Of a stretch of DNA of 64,000 nucleotides, positions 22,401-35,510 are shown one piece after another (position 1 is the stretch's first letter; every line of letters starts with the position of its first letter). The translations under genes were made by a program, and so were the position numbers. This stretch comes from Selaginella moellendorffii (taxonomy: Eukaryota; Plantae; Lycopodiophyta). Location of the stretch: positions 713,763-777,762 of the forward strand of contig NW_003314293.1 of NCBI RefSeq assembly GCF_000143415.4, in the 5' to 3' direction. The notes beneath the pieces were generated by a model. That model did not search any database. It saw only the letters and a program-made list of their open reading frames with translations, and was not told where the DNA came from.

Positions 22401-24667
22401 ATGAGGTTCACATGCCCAAGGACTTTGCAACTTCCGAATAACACCCTTCTTTAATATCTTCTTGACATTTACACATAAAATCTTAATCTCTTTGGGTGAC
22501 CGACGACGAATAAAAACCTTGATTGGACGAGCATCCCCGGTTGGAATCGGATGACGTGTAGCAATCTTGGCCCTAGGCGATAGGTCAAATTCAAAAACAT
22601 CAAAATACTCCCTCATGAGCCGGTCAACCACTGCAACACAAAGATTATCGAAGGGATCAGAAAAGGGAAGAGCAAAACAAGACAAAAACATAGGAGGAAA
22701 TAGTGGGGGGACAAAAGTAATGGAAACAGAGGTAGAAGTAGAGGGCCGAAAAGGTATGGAAGTGAAAGGAATAGAAGAAATATAAGGAAGTATTAAACAA
22801 GGGGGAGAAGCCTCAAAGTCACACTTGGCATGATTGCGCTGCAACCAATCCATACCAAGGATAAAGTCAAAAACTTGATTCAACACCACCTGTAATGATT
22901 GCAACTCAAGCTTAAGATTGCCCACATGCACAACTAAATCCACCTCATCCCGTGCACATGCATGTGTACACCTGTTGCCATAAAGAATGAAAACTAGTTA
23001 TGCAAGTGTAGACGGCAACATGTGGCAACAGGTCGAGCAATAGAAGATAAATTCGAACCTTTATCAACCAACATGGAGAGAATAATAGAAGACCTCTTGT
23101 TATAAAAATGAGTTTGGAAAGTAAACATTGGATGAACTGGTGCTAAGTAAACCCTTTGATGATACTCCTGAAAGAAAGATGAAGGGGTCACTGACTTATT
23201 CGCGTAGGGTCCCTCCATTACTCGTGTGACTCCTCATTTTTCAAATGCATCTTGGTGTCGAGACCTTCCACTGTAGCAGCACCAACAAAATGTTATTAAC
23301 ACCAAAGTCTCCACCCAGGAAATGGAGGTCACCAATCCGAAAAATGCCGACAATGCCGATAAGTGTGATCAACTTTATCATATGCCCAATAGCAAATGTC
23401 ACAGCCACAACCACGTCCTCGCCCTTGTCCTTGGACACGAGCAGCAACAGCATCAACCTCCATTAAAACAGGACCATCACCCATAGAAAGTGGAGCAGAA
23501 GGATGGGCAATGAGAAGTGAAAGAAGCAATGTCTCATAATGTTGTGCCAAGTGAAAAACATCTGACTCTCAGTACCTCCTCAACACCTCTTGCTTTTCTC
23601 TGGAGGAGGAGGAGGAGGAGAAAAGAAATGCTGGCACAGGAGCAAGGAGCACAAGGGAGTGCCATGTGAGAGGTTGAGCGTGGAGGAGCAATGAGAATAA
23701 AGAAATAATGGAGAGTGGAGCTGTCACGTGGTACAACTCCTCTTACTTTTGGTGCCAATCCTCGTGTTCGGTCAGAGTTTTTTTGCGGAAATCTTGGGGA
23801 TGATGTGTACTATTGGTTTGATCACTTCACGGTGATTGCCATATATCATTCTTAGGATGATGCTTGACGTTTGCGTGAGTTTCTCACGTGTCTCCAAGGG
23901 ACAATAATGGTTTGAGTGTAGCCACTCGTGGGGTTGGAGTGTTCTCCCGGACATCTTTAAACGCGCATTCGGACATGCTCACGATTGTGATGATGCCTTT
24001 TAGCAATTGCATTGTCTTCGTCAAGGGTCATATGAGTCGATGATGCAATTTGGCGTTCGTTTCCGAAGCCTCTTGCTTTATGCAGAGCCAAATATGTCAA
24101 AGCGAATCAAGCTAGGAATGTTATGGCCAGCACTTCGTCAAAATCTTGTCGAACTTGTGCATGCATTTACTCCAGCCACCCTTAAGAATGTCACCATCAA
24201 TTGAGTTTAGTTGTTCAATTGCAATCATATGGCATCAAGCAATTGCACTAACTATTGCTCCAAAGTCAAAGGAGGAAACTACTATTCTACCATGAAGATG
24301 AATGGAAAGGAAAGAGCAAAAGAAGAGAAATGAGAAGAAAACTAGAAGGAAAGGGAAATCTAGACAATGGAAAAGTTAAATTTAAACCAAAATTCTAAAA
24401 GGAAAGAACAAAAGAAAGGAAATGGAAAAATCTAGATCTAAATGATGCAAAAGCTAAATTTAAACTAAAATCCTAAATCCAAGAACAATCAAAGGTGCCC
24501 CTCACCTCCACCAATGTAAGTGCTTAGAATATGGAAAGGGATTACAAAAAATGTGTATATCAATTAGCTTAAAAACTTTAACTTATATACAGGAGTGAAC
24601 AGGAGTGAGTGGTCCGAATTTAAATCAATCAGATGGCTACTAAAATCCCACTATGCTAATATTAATA
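16433..24667 (-). mobile_element. Degenerate Ty3/Gypsy LTR retrotransposon (host of the nested element); 5' LTR ~24515-24667
   Basis: PBS-like TGGTGGAGGTGAGGGG (tRNA-Ala type) next to the LTR; gag zinc-knuckle remnant; protease 'MLVDKGS...DFILGMDWL'; RT remnant in ORF 22269-22943; integrase remnant; PPT and partial 3' LTR 16433-16561. Confidence 0.88.
17866..21968 (-). mobile_element. Nested LTR retrotransposon (Gypsy-like gag + integrase, no RT/RNaseH), 424-bp LTRs, TSD AGTTT
   Basis: LTRs 17866-18289 and 21545-21968 both TG...CA; AGTTT at 17861-17865 and 21969-21973; PBS TGGTGCACTGCCCGGG (tRNA-Gly-like). Retrotrans_gag ORF 20567-21136; two CCHC knuckles (CVCCNAYGHYPNEC, CLYCRRTNHKSEDC); integrase 'RCDPCQR...FEKWGIDFMGPF...ELVSD' and GPY motif 'WIGPYRV'. 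Confidence 0.95.
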
Positions 24668-25107
24668 TAACAAAGCAAAATTAAAGGAAATAAATTGATG
24701 CAGCAATACTAATATAATAAATAAATGAGAAATGATAAATAAATGATTTAGTAATAGATTTCCAAAAGAATGCTGTTAAATGGAACTGGATCGTGATAAA
24801 CTTTATACAAATTAAATCCACTTTATCAATGCACATAAAAATCCTTATACTTTATGACTTGTTCTTCCCAGTCTTTGGGAAACGAAATTTCTCTTCTTGA
24901 AAATCATACAAGCCAGCTGATTTGATTAAGCAAAATCATTGCTTCGAAGAAAGCAAAAGGGAGAGGAGTAATCTGTATACACGAGGTTGGATCTACTGAA
25001 GTCCATAGTAGCTCGTACAAGGTTCCTGCCACAAAAAAAAAAAAGGAATAAGAAAAAATCACCACCAAAAACAATAAGTGAAAAGATGATGAAGTACCTC
25101 TAAGTGG

Positions 25108-27605
25108 CTATCTCGGCCCAGACAGCTCCACCGCGTGAAGATTGTCCGTGGAGTCGATGATCCAGTCTGATGCTCTCTGGGGGACGAAATCCATCTCTTG
25201 GTTGCGGACAACCTCCACCTTTTGCCATTCTTCCCATCGCTCGGCAAGGCCGTCGCCTTCGAGCATCCGGACGACGTCTGCCATCTTTGGCCTGTCGTTG
25301 GGAGAGACTTGCGTGCAGAGCAAAGCCACCTGGATGAGTTCCTCGACTTCACCCAAGTCGTACGTGTTGTGAAGATCGGAATCGACGAGCTGGACGACTT
25401 TTTTCTCCCGGAGAAGTCCTTTCACCTGAGCAAAATAGCAGCCAAGCCAACGCAACGCATAAGAAGCCTGAGAGAAGTAAAATAAAGCGCGCACGTACCC
25501 AGTCGAGAAGCATCACATCGTCGTCATTCGCCAATCGTGCAAGATCGAAGGCCCTTTGCCCGGTGATGAGCTCCAGAAGCATGATACCGTACCCGAAGAC
25601 GTCTGTTTTCTCGGACGACTTGCCGGTGGACAAGTACTCTGGCGCGATGTGACCAATGGTACCACGAACGGCAGTTGTTACGTGCGTGTCTTTGTAATCC
25701 ATGAGCTTTGCCAGTCCAAAATCACCAACCACTGCTTCGTATTCCTCGTCTAGCAGGATGTTTGCCGCTTTTACATCGCGATGGATGATTTTGGGATCAC
25801 AATGGTCGTGCAGGTAAGACAAGCCTCTTGCTGATCCCAAAGCAATGCGCTTTCGGGTAGGCCAATCAAGTGATGGCTCCCCTGGATTTCGTTCTGAAAC
25901 AACACAAGTGTTAGAAAGTGAGGAAGAAAATGAAAGAATAAAAAAACTCACTCACCTCTTAGCCGAGATGCTACACTTCCATTCGCCATATATGGATATA
26001 CGAGTAAGCGTTCGGTGGGAGTCATGCAGAAACCTCGTAGGCGAAGAAGGTTTCGATGAACAGCCATACTGATCATTTCCACTTCTGTTTGAAATTGCAG
26101 CTCTCCACCCGGACTGCGTTCTTCTTTAAGCCTTTTAACGGCTACTAGTGAGCCATCCGACAATCTCCCCTTGTACACTTTGCCAAAACCACCTCTCCCA
26201 AGGATGTTTTTGTTACTAAAACCATCGGTAGCCACTTGCAGTTCTCGCAGAGAGAATCTTTTTAGTTGTCCTAAATGAACTTCGGGGTCTTCTTCAGCTG
26301 GTCATTAGAACGGTACAAAGGGTAAGAACAAACAAATAGCACCCAATAAACTTACCAGGAACGTCAAAGTAAGCTTCCGGTGGCCTCCGTCTTCTCCACC
26401 AAGCAAATCCAATGGCCGGAGCAGCAAAAAGAAGAGCAGCGCCAGCAGCAACTCCACCAGCAATAGCTCCAGTGTTTGACGAGCTTGATGACTGTGTTCT
26501 CCCTAAGAAGAATTTTAAGTTCTTAAGTTAGAAAAAATTGAAGTTCCAAAGCTAAGACATTGCAGTACCATTGTTTGCTCCAGATGGCGGTGCTAAATAT
26601 TGAGGTGCAGGAGTCAAAGGTGGGCCGTTGGGACATCGTTTATTGACTGCTTGTCCACAAAGATCTCTATTATTGTTGAAACTGAAGACATTCTGGTTAG
26701 TTATAGGACAAAGAATGCTGTTGCTTCATATCTACCTGATAGGAGTGAACAGGGAGAAGGATCCATTCGTAGGAACTGGCCCAGATAGATCATTGTTAGA
26801 AAGATCACTGCAAAAGTGTCAATAAGTTAAACGTCAAAAAGAACAGGCAGACCAAGCGTTACTCACAGTACTTGCAAGCCGTTTATATTTGTAAGCGACA
26901 TGGGAATACTCCCAGACAGAGAATTGTTGTTGAGACGACTGCATAAGATCCTGCGTGAGACGATAAGCGTGCGAAAAGTGCTAGCTTACAGGAATCTAAG
27001 CTTAGTCAGACGCCCAATTGTATCTGGTATCGAAGATGTAAAATTGTTCTGGTACAAATCTAGGCTCACCAGGTTGGATAAGTTGCCTAGCTCAGGTGGA
27101 ATTTCTCCAGTGATGTTATTACTGTACAGTTCCCTGCAAATCAAAGACAAAACCAAGCAAGTGCTTTTAGTTGGTACTTTGATCTTTTGATTAGAACTCA
27201 CAAGTACTGTAAGTGGCTTAGACGACCAAGTGATGGAACTAGCGTTCCCGACAGAGCTGCATTACCGAGATCTCTGAAAAGAGCCAAAAGAGCGTCAGTC
27301 TAAAAGCCCACCACCACTGTTCTTCTGGTCAAAACTTACACTCTAGTGACGAAATTATCATTGTCGCAAGTAACATGGAACCAAGTACAGGGATTCACCA
27401 GCGTCGAGTCCCAGCTCTGGAGAACACTGCTCGGGTCCGTGAGCGAGGTCTTCAAATCGTGGAGAGCATCACCTGGAAGCAAGAAATTTCGCCTCTATAG
27501 CCTCGGACTCGCGAACAAAGGAATCTCAATACCTTCGGCGTTGCCATAGACGCGAATCACGGCGCGGAGCAGCAGCGCCAGCACCAAGATCCCGATATTT
27601 GCCAT
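25108..27605 (-). CDS. SERK: Somatic embryogenesis receptor kinase (LRR-RLK II), multi-exon
   Basis: Signal [21 protein letters not shown], '[17 protein letters not shown]', LRR exons, SPP region, TM, kinase '[48 protein letters not shown]', '[23 protein letters not shown]', C-terminus '[10 protein letters not shown]'. Confidence 0.96.
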
Positions 27606-28122
27606 CGCCCCGGCTCGCCGTGGCCGCACAGCAATCAGATCCACCGCCGCCCCGTCGCCGCTACGGCATTTCGAGACCTCGGCAAATCACCTGGTAGCGA
27701 GCGCCAGCGATCGCCAGGGCGCGATCAAAATACCGCGCCGCGAGCTCGAATTGTGTCTAGAACCGCGCTGCCGCCTCGCATTGCTCCATCCTGGCGCATC
27801 GACGGCCCCGCATTCCTCCCAAAACCCAACCCTCAATCGCGGAATCCACTGTACAGTCACTTGGACGGGCTGTCACACGTCCGCCTATGTCAGCCGTTGG
27901 ATCTGCCACGTCTGCGCGATGCCGATGGCATCGGAGGAATTTTCTTTTCACTCCCGGTCAAAGCTTCGACAAACTGGCGGGTACATTTGGAAATTTATTC
28001 AGAGTCACCACGCATGTGAAAATTGACCGGCGATTTCCACTGGCGAGATGTCGACCGTCCACGTGGCCGCCATCGCACAAGCGCTATATGTACATACGGA
28101 TAGATGCCCCCGGCATATTGTA

Positions 28123-29968
28123 TTATGCGGCGTATCGCTGGTGAGCTAGCATTCGTTTCGTCCGGGGGCTCTCGCTGCTGTGGCTTTGCGCTTGGAGCTC
28201 TCTCGAGAGGCTCTGGACGAGCCTCTTTTGCGTCTGGCTCTCGATGAGCTTGGACAATCCCATCTCCTTCACTGCTCTCCAGCTCTGCGAGAGAGATCAA
28301 ACAAATCTTTTTAGAAACTTTGGCAGGAAACGAAGAACCAAAAAGAGTGTTTTTGTACATCTGGAAGCTGGAAGTTCTCGGCCTCTAGCAAGTGAACGAC
28401 GTGTCCCATTGTTGGTCGCTTGCGTACGTCCGGATGGACGCACTGGAACGCTGTGATGAGCGCCTTCTTTAGAGCTCTAGGCGATGGCTTCTCTTCGAGC
28501 CTGGGATCGGCAATATCGTCCATGCGTCTCGTAGCGAGCATGAGCTTCAGCCAATCCACTAGATTAACCTGTTGAGAAGTTCGCTAGAGCTAAAGCATGG
28601 TTTTTTTTTTCAAGAGTAAAGAGCTAACCTCCCCAGGTGGTCTTGAGTAATCAACGGGATCTCGTCCAGTGACAACTTCCATGAGAAGGACGCCAAAGCT
28701 GTAAACGTCGCTCCGTTCGTTGAGGAGTCCCGTGTTCGCGTACTCGGGAGCAACATATCTGCCAAAAAAAAATATATGTCGGCTTCACAAACTTAAAAAC
28801 AGCATCTGCAATGCGCGTACCCAAAAGTACCCATGACTCTAGTCATCACGTGTGTTTTCTCGCAACCAAGGAACTTAGCAAGGCCAAAATCGGAGACTTT
28901 GGCGTTCCAGTGACTATCGAGGAGAATGTTACTCGCTTTTATGTCTCTGTGAACGATCTTCGGTTCTATAGCTTCGTGCATGTAGGCCAGTCTAGTTAAC
29001 AGCGGTGAGAAAGAAAACGTTAGTTGTTTGCTTCGATAAAAACAAGAGCAAGAGCGCGCACCCTTTCGCTGTTCCAAGGATGATTTTCATGCGTGAATCC
29101 CAGCTAGGTGTTTTAAACCGAGAAGTTTTGCCGTGAAGCCACTCGTCCAAGTTACCATTGTTGACATATTCATAAACCAATATTCTGCGTGTCAAGGCAT
29201 GAGAAAGAATCCGATGAGGAAAAAACTTCACCTGTGATCGCCTTCCGCACAGAAACCGAGCAACTTCACGAGATTCTTGTGCCGCACTCGACCGATTGTC
29301 TCAACTTCGACGAGGAATTCTTTCTCCGCTTGATCTCTGAAAAGAGGATTTTAGTGGTGAGCTGCTTTGAAAGGAAAAGAAATGGTTCCTTACTTGTTGG
29401 TGAGGTACTTGCAAGCCACCATCGTTCCATCTGAGACGGCTCCCTTGTAAACTATACCATAGCCACCTTCACCAATTATGTTTCTCTCCGAGAATCCACC
29501 AGTGGCGATCTCAAGTTCCTCCAAACAGTACCAATTGCCCCAACCGAGATATGACGAAACTTGCTGCTGGGGAGTGAACGAGACTGTCGTTCCTGAATTG
29601 CTCTCACTGTCCTGGGACACAGCCATCTCGGTGTCTGTCACTGGCGGGGAGTAATCTAAGCTGCTGCTCTCCACCACATCCCCGTGCTTGAAAATCCTGA
29701 AACTGCTCGAATTCCTCCGGACAGAGTACTCAAACGTATCGAAGCTCGGAGGTCTGCGAGAAATTCTCGCGCTCGGTTCTGTCCTGACTTCCGGGATGTC
29801 TTTCGGAGTGCTGGGTATGTCGTGCACGCTTCTAGACTTCCCCTTCCTGGATTTTCTCCTCCAACGTATAGGCCACACCGCTAGAAAGAATAATGAAACC
29901 ATAAGACCTCTTGCCTCGTCAAGTGTTGTTCCAGATTTCGGAGCACTGCGTGTAGACTCCGAGGCCAT
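28123..29968 (-). CDS. Receptor-like kinase, RLCK-V subfamily (membrane-anchored), multi-exon; termini approximate
   Basis: '[38 protein letters not shown]', '[22 protein letters not shown]', '[19 protein letters not shown]', '[18 protein letters not shown]', '[16 protein letters not shown]'. Confidence 0.88.
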
Positions 29969-31023
29969 CTTCTTCCAGGCTCACCATGCTGCTGCTACTG
30001 CTGGGGGGATTGTTCTCTGTCAAGCCTGTCGAGTAAACAAAGAGACAAAACCACCTGAGAGACCGGATTTTCAAAGAAAAACAAAGCACGCAGGAAAAGC
30101 TCGCTGCTAAAAAGGCGCATACTTCCGGCCAACATTGAAAAGCATTAAAGCCTTGCAGGGAGCGAGTCAGAGGACCAAAATAACATACCTGGCAAGAGCT
30201 CTTCAAACTGTTGGTGGCGATGGCGAGGAAGAGGAGGAGGAGAGCAGGGCATTGGAATGCTTCGCTCTCGCCCCTTACTTCCATTCTTAAAACCATAACC
30301 AAGCGAGGAGGAGGAGCTACCTTCGCTACCTTCTTCTTGGATGGTGTTTGCTCGCGACAATGACATCCAGCCTGACTAGAAAGGAACGTAAGCTGCTGCT
30401 TCCATCGCATCCAAATCCATGACAAAGACCTGCTAAAAACACCCACACGGTCCATGGAAAAGTTTAGTCGAAACAACAAAGGCGCACCAGTTAACCGACA
30501 AAAAGAAGGCTCTCCAGTCGTCTCGAGCATCATGGAGGGATTTGAGTGTAAGGAAAGAAGCCAAGTAGCTACCAAAAAGAAAGAGAGAGAAAACAAATGT
30601 GTGAAGCGCGATAGAATCTAGAAAGGGAGCTCAACAATCAAGCAATGCTGGTGTGCTTTCAAGTCTAGCGCAAGAAAGAACAGTATACCAACCAGGAGGA
30701 AACTTTCCACAAGAACAGTGGACTAGATTATATCAAAGGAATTCTTTAGACTTACCTTGGAATGGACGATGTTGAGAGGTGATCGATCGGGGCGGCCCCA
30801 TCGCCCTCGCACCGAACGATTCGCGCCATGGATCTGAGCAGCGCGCCGCTCTAAATTGCGGAAAGGATAACGGATCTCTCCTCGCATTCAATGCGCGGGC
30901 GATGAGGAAAAAGTATTTTAGGGTTCTTGGGAGATTTAGCCCATGGGCAGCTGGCACTGGCGATGGCGAAGCGCCAGCTTCAGTGGCAGTGGCGCTGGCA
31001 GCGGCGGCAAGGATCTGAGGAGA

Positions 31024-32728
31024 ATGCGCAGCGAGATTGGCAGATTTATGCACAGGAAGAGCTTGGTGAGAGCGATGTTTGCCGTGGGCGTGGCCTGGGC
31101 GCTGTTCGTGCTTGTGATTTGGGGAATGCTGCTGGTCGCTTGTGGATCTGTGTCGATCACGGTGGAATCTGCCGGTATGAGCTCACGCACGGAGTTTTTC
31201 CGGTGATTTTTATTTGGTTTTGCATTGTCTCAGGCCAATGCAAGAAGAAGAGCCAGACTTTCCAGTTTTTGGACGCGTGGGGATTCATTCCAAAGCCAAT
31301 TCACCGTAAGAATCGATGCACATTCATCGTAGTTTCTTCGTCCTTGATTCTTGACAGAACTTCTTCGGTTTCTTTTTTTTCTTTTTTTCACGCAGGATGC
31401 TCTATACCGGTTGCTAGAAATCCACAGTTCGTGCAAATTCCATCGTTCCGGCATGACAGTTCTATACTCCGAAAGCTCACATACATCACAAACGATAGAG
31501 TTGCCGAGGCTGATCAAAGCAAGCGTCCACTATTTGGCGGCTATCAGACATGGAAGGAGAGAGACGAGAGTTTTAAGATCAAACCAGCAATGCAGGTGAG
31601 TGAGCTCTTCTACTGCTTCGATTCCGTTTTTTGATGCATTTTTGCGTGGTAGTGCTTGATAGAATCGTCCTGTCTCTTTGGAAACTTTGTAGGTTCATTG
31701 TGGATTCATGAATAATTCTGGGGGTGACATTCATCCACGGGACAAGACATATCTCAAGAGGTGTGAATTTGTGGTTGCCTCAGGAATTTTTGACGGCTAC
31801 GACATGCCTCACCAGCCTTCCAACCTGAGCGACGCCTCTCGATCGCTCTTTTGCTTCGCCATGGTGGTGGACGAGATCTCTCTGGACAGCATCAAGGCCG
31901 AGGGCTTGCTCACCGAGGACGACAAAGGAGGGAGGTGGTCAGGCATCTGGCGGCTAGTTCTTCTCAAGAACTTGCCGTATGACGAGCCTCGCCGGAACGG
32001 CAAGGTACCCAAGCTCCTCACTCACAGGATCTTTCCAGCGGCGAAGTATAGCATCTGGATCGATGGAAAGATGGAGCTGGTCGTGGACCCAATTCTCATA
32101 CTTGAGAGGTTTGGAACCTCCAGCGTCTCTCTCACTCTTGTTTCTAACTCGTTTGTTCGTTCGTTGCATAGATATCTCTGGCGAGGCGGGCATAAGTTCG
32201 CCATCGCTCGACACAAACACCACAAGAGCATTTACGAAGAGGCCGATGCCAACAAGCGGAGGAAGAGATACGCGAGGCCGCTGATAGACAAACACATGGA
32301 GATCTACAAGCGCGAAGGCATGCAACCATGGAGCAAAGCCAAGCTCCCAGTTCTTAGCGGTAAGTCAGCTCCAATTCTTCCAACGTTCCTCGGAGCAAAG
32401 TTCGATTTTTCCAGATGTTCCAGAGGGAGCAGTGATCATCCGCGAGCACACTCCACTCACGAACTTGTTCTGCTGCCTGTGGTTCAACGAGGTGAACCGA
32501 TTCACGCCGCGCGACCAGCTGAGCTTCGGCTACGTTGTCCACCGATTGAACGGCTCCTTCCCCTTGTTCATGTTCCCAAACTGCGAGTACAACGCGCTCT
32601 TCGTCCTCCACAAGCACACGCGCGAGCACTCGTCCAAGGTGGAATGGGTGAAGACGCTGGACGAGCTCAAGGACGAGAGCATCGCGTTCGAGACGAGGGC
32701 CGGGCTGGGCTTGCTCGGGGATCGTTGA
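31024..32728 (+). CDS. DUF616 family putative glycosyltransferase (MUCI70-like), multi-exon type II membrane protein
   Basis: N-terminal TM; 'PLFGGYQTWKERDESF', 'VHCGF', 'VVASGIFDGYD', 'LPYDEPRRNGKVPKLLTHRIFP..KYSIWIDGK', 'NLFCCLWFNEVNRFTPRDQLSF'. Confidence 0.9.
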
Positions 32729-32825
32729 CCGCCCGTTGGCCGACCGTTAATCGCAGCCGGAATCCAACGGCTGCGATAACCATATAAAATCGTCTAGGGG
32801 GGGATTTCTAGGGTTCTAACACAAA

Positions 32826-34628
32826 ATGGAAGAGGAGGTAAATGACGCTCGTGACAGGAGAGAGAGAGTGATGAGAGATCCATTCTTTCTGTCAGAGCTA
32901 GATGTCATAGTACAAAAGCCTAGATCACGCGTGTTGGATGGAGGAGCGAGGCTAGCGCTTGAAAATGTGCCCAGGTCTAGGCATATGCAAACGGATTCAC
33001 AGTACATCACACGAGTTCTTCGGATGGCAGCAGCACGCCAGTGCTCAATCTTTCCGTAATATCCAGTCCAAGCGCTTCCGGGGAGGTTTCTAGCAGCTCT
33101 GGGGCGAGCGCGATCGAGGATTCAACCGATTCAGAAGATTCCAGTGAAGACTCTAGCGATTCCGGCACTGTACTATCGACTCAGGGCAGCGATCCGGGCT
33201 CGTCCAGTGCCACGCCTTGGATTTCAGGGTATCCGCCGACGGTCGCGAGCTCAAGCGGCGAAGATCCGGACTCCTCCAGCGTAATCTCAGCTCTACGCTC
33301 TCGCGGGGAGGAGCCGATGGCGATATCGATTCCAAGGTCTTCCGGGGAGGGTCCTAGCAGCTCCGGCGCCGTAACATCGAAAGGTTTAGGCTCGTCACCG
33401 AGCGCCAAAATATCGTCTCCAGGCGATCCGAGCTCGTCCAGTGCCACTGCAAGCGGTGTTCTTCCAGGTCCGCGCTCATCGAGCACCGCCTCGATTCCAG
33501 AGGATCCGAGCTCATCCAGCGCCGTAATATCGTCTCCAGGGAAGGATCCGAGCTCGTCCGCCGCAGCAAGCTTCCATCTTCCAGGTCCGAGCTCATCGAG
33601 CGGGGCAGCCTCGATTCCAGAGGATCCGAGCTCATCCAGCGCCATAATATCGTCTCTAGGCATGGATCGGAGCTCGTCCGTTGCCACAGCACCAGGTCCG
33701 AGCTCATCGAGCGCCGCAACCGCGATTCCGAAGGATCCAAGCTCATCCAGCGCGTCTCCAGGCAAGGATCCGAGCTCGTCCATTGCCGCAAGCTATGGTC
33801 TTCCGGGTCCGAGCTCATCGAACGCCGCAGCCTCGTATCCAAAGGATCCAAGCTCATCCAGCGCTATAATATCGTCTCCAGGCAAGGATCCGAGCTCGTC
33901 CATTGCCGCAGCAATTCCTGGTCCCAGTTCATCCAGCGGCAATCTTCCAGGGAGCGCCTCGACTCCAAGCTCATCCAACGCCATAATAAATCTTCCAGGC
34001 CTGAGCGCCGCAACCTCGCCTCCAGGTTAGGATCCGAGCTCGTTCCAAGCTCTAATCATGACATCTTCCAGGTCTGAGCTTATCCAGGGCCGCAACCTCC
34101 GATCCAAGTTCATCTAGCTCCTCTCCAGGTAACGAACCTAGCCCACAGCAAGCTCTAATCGTGAGCTTTCCAGGTCCGAGCTCCTCTCCCACAGCAAGCT
34201 TTGGTCTTCCCTCATGGAGCGCTACGTCGACTCCAAAGGCGAGTTCATCATCAAGCGGCTGGGATATCGAGCGGAGCTCCTCCAGCGCGATTCCAAGCTC
34301 CTCCGGCACGGCTACTCCAAGTAGCATCATCCCGGGTGGATTCGGCCATGGTCCGTCACGCCCTGGCCCGATCGCGAACGGCGCCAAAGGCAACTGGATA
34401 CTGATCGCCAGCAAATCATCCACCGGCGTTTCCAGGATCACCACCCGCGTCGCCACCACCCCATCAGTGCCAGAAGCGCTGTACGTGCTCGAGCGGCTGT
34501 ACCATCCTCTAGACATCTTTCGTTCTTTTTGTTTTCCCGGTATGTTCTTCGTCCTCGTTCCCTCGATTGGTCGTTCGCAAGCTCTACCATCAATTGATTG
34601 CTGCTATACGCGACGACCAGCCCGGTAA
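32826..34628 (+). pseudogene. Disrupted Ser/Pro/Gly-rich tandem-repeat ORF of unknown family
   Basis: Three offset ORFs (32826-33059, 33041-34030, 34161-34628). Repeats SSPGKDPSSS/PGPSSSS/PEDPSSSS; the TAG at 34028-34030 sits where other repeats have AAG (GKDP). Confidence 0.5.
33400..34200 (+). repeat. Coding minisatellite built on GATCCGAGCTCRTCC / GGTCCGAGCTCATCG cores
   Basis: More than 15 degenerate cores spaced ~33-45 bp apart, with a higher-order period of ~120 bp. Confidence 0.85.
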
Positions 34629-35510
34629 GCTTGAATTGAAGCATTCCTGATTGTTTTTTGACGCGTTCTTTCGTTCTTCAGTTTCAGCGACCTTTTTCCT
34701 CTTTACCATGGTATTCGTTTGCTATGGTAGCTGGACGGCTTATTTTTCAGCTCCAGGTAAGCTCGGAATGTTTAAATCGCCCCTAGATTTACAGTTTTTT
34801 CATTCTTTTCAGTTTTTACAGTTTTTTCGTTACCAATCACTCAATCAACCTCCTACAAACAAACCAAGAGAACTACTGTTCCAGGGAGAGCTTTCTACCA
34901 TCAGCTCCCAATCCCATCTCAGGATTGTTCATCCGAGGCCTACGGTCCACGTCCTGGTGCTCGCTCCTCTAGATCTTTTGTTCTCTTTCTTTCGTCGCCT
35001 TCTTCGTCCTCGCTCTCTCGTTCCGTCGATTGGTCGTTCGCAAGCTCTTCTATCGATTGATTGGCTATAAACGCGACGACCACCCCGGTAAGCCTGACTC
35101 TTTGGTTGTGTTTTGACACACGTTCTTCCCTTGGACAGCTCTTTGATCTTGGCCATCATTTTCGTTTCTATTTGTTTTTTCCGTTTTCGAGAGTACGTTA
35201 CTAAAGAGCAGCTTTTTTCCATCTCATGGCAGCTGGGATGGACCTTCGTCTTCAGCTCCAGGTAAGCTCTTCCGATTTTAAAGCCTCCCGTCGATTTACA
35301 GTCTGTCAGATTAGTCAAGTGCTCGCGCCCTCAACGAACCTAAAGAGAGAACTATTGTTCCTGCGAAGGCAAATCGTTCACTCGACCTGCCTCATGATCG
35401 AGAGTACTGTTCCTGCGAAGGCAAATCGTTTGTAAGTAGCCATTTACAAATTCGTTTCAAACATTTACAAGGCAGGCCAGTAGCGTGACAATCTCCTCAA
35501 ACTTGACTGC

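Larger units (their letters stand above)
13081..22660 (+). repeat. Tandem segmental duplication, unit 2 (lacks ~2 kb containing Hog2; carries nested LTR element)
   Basis: Junction at 13080/13081 joins Gypsy to PPR; junction at ~15303/15304 joins the equivalents of ~7869 and 9842. Confidence 0.88.
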
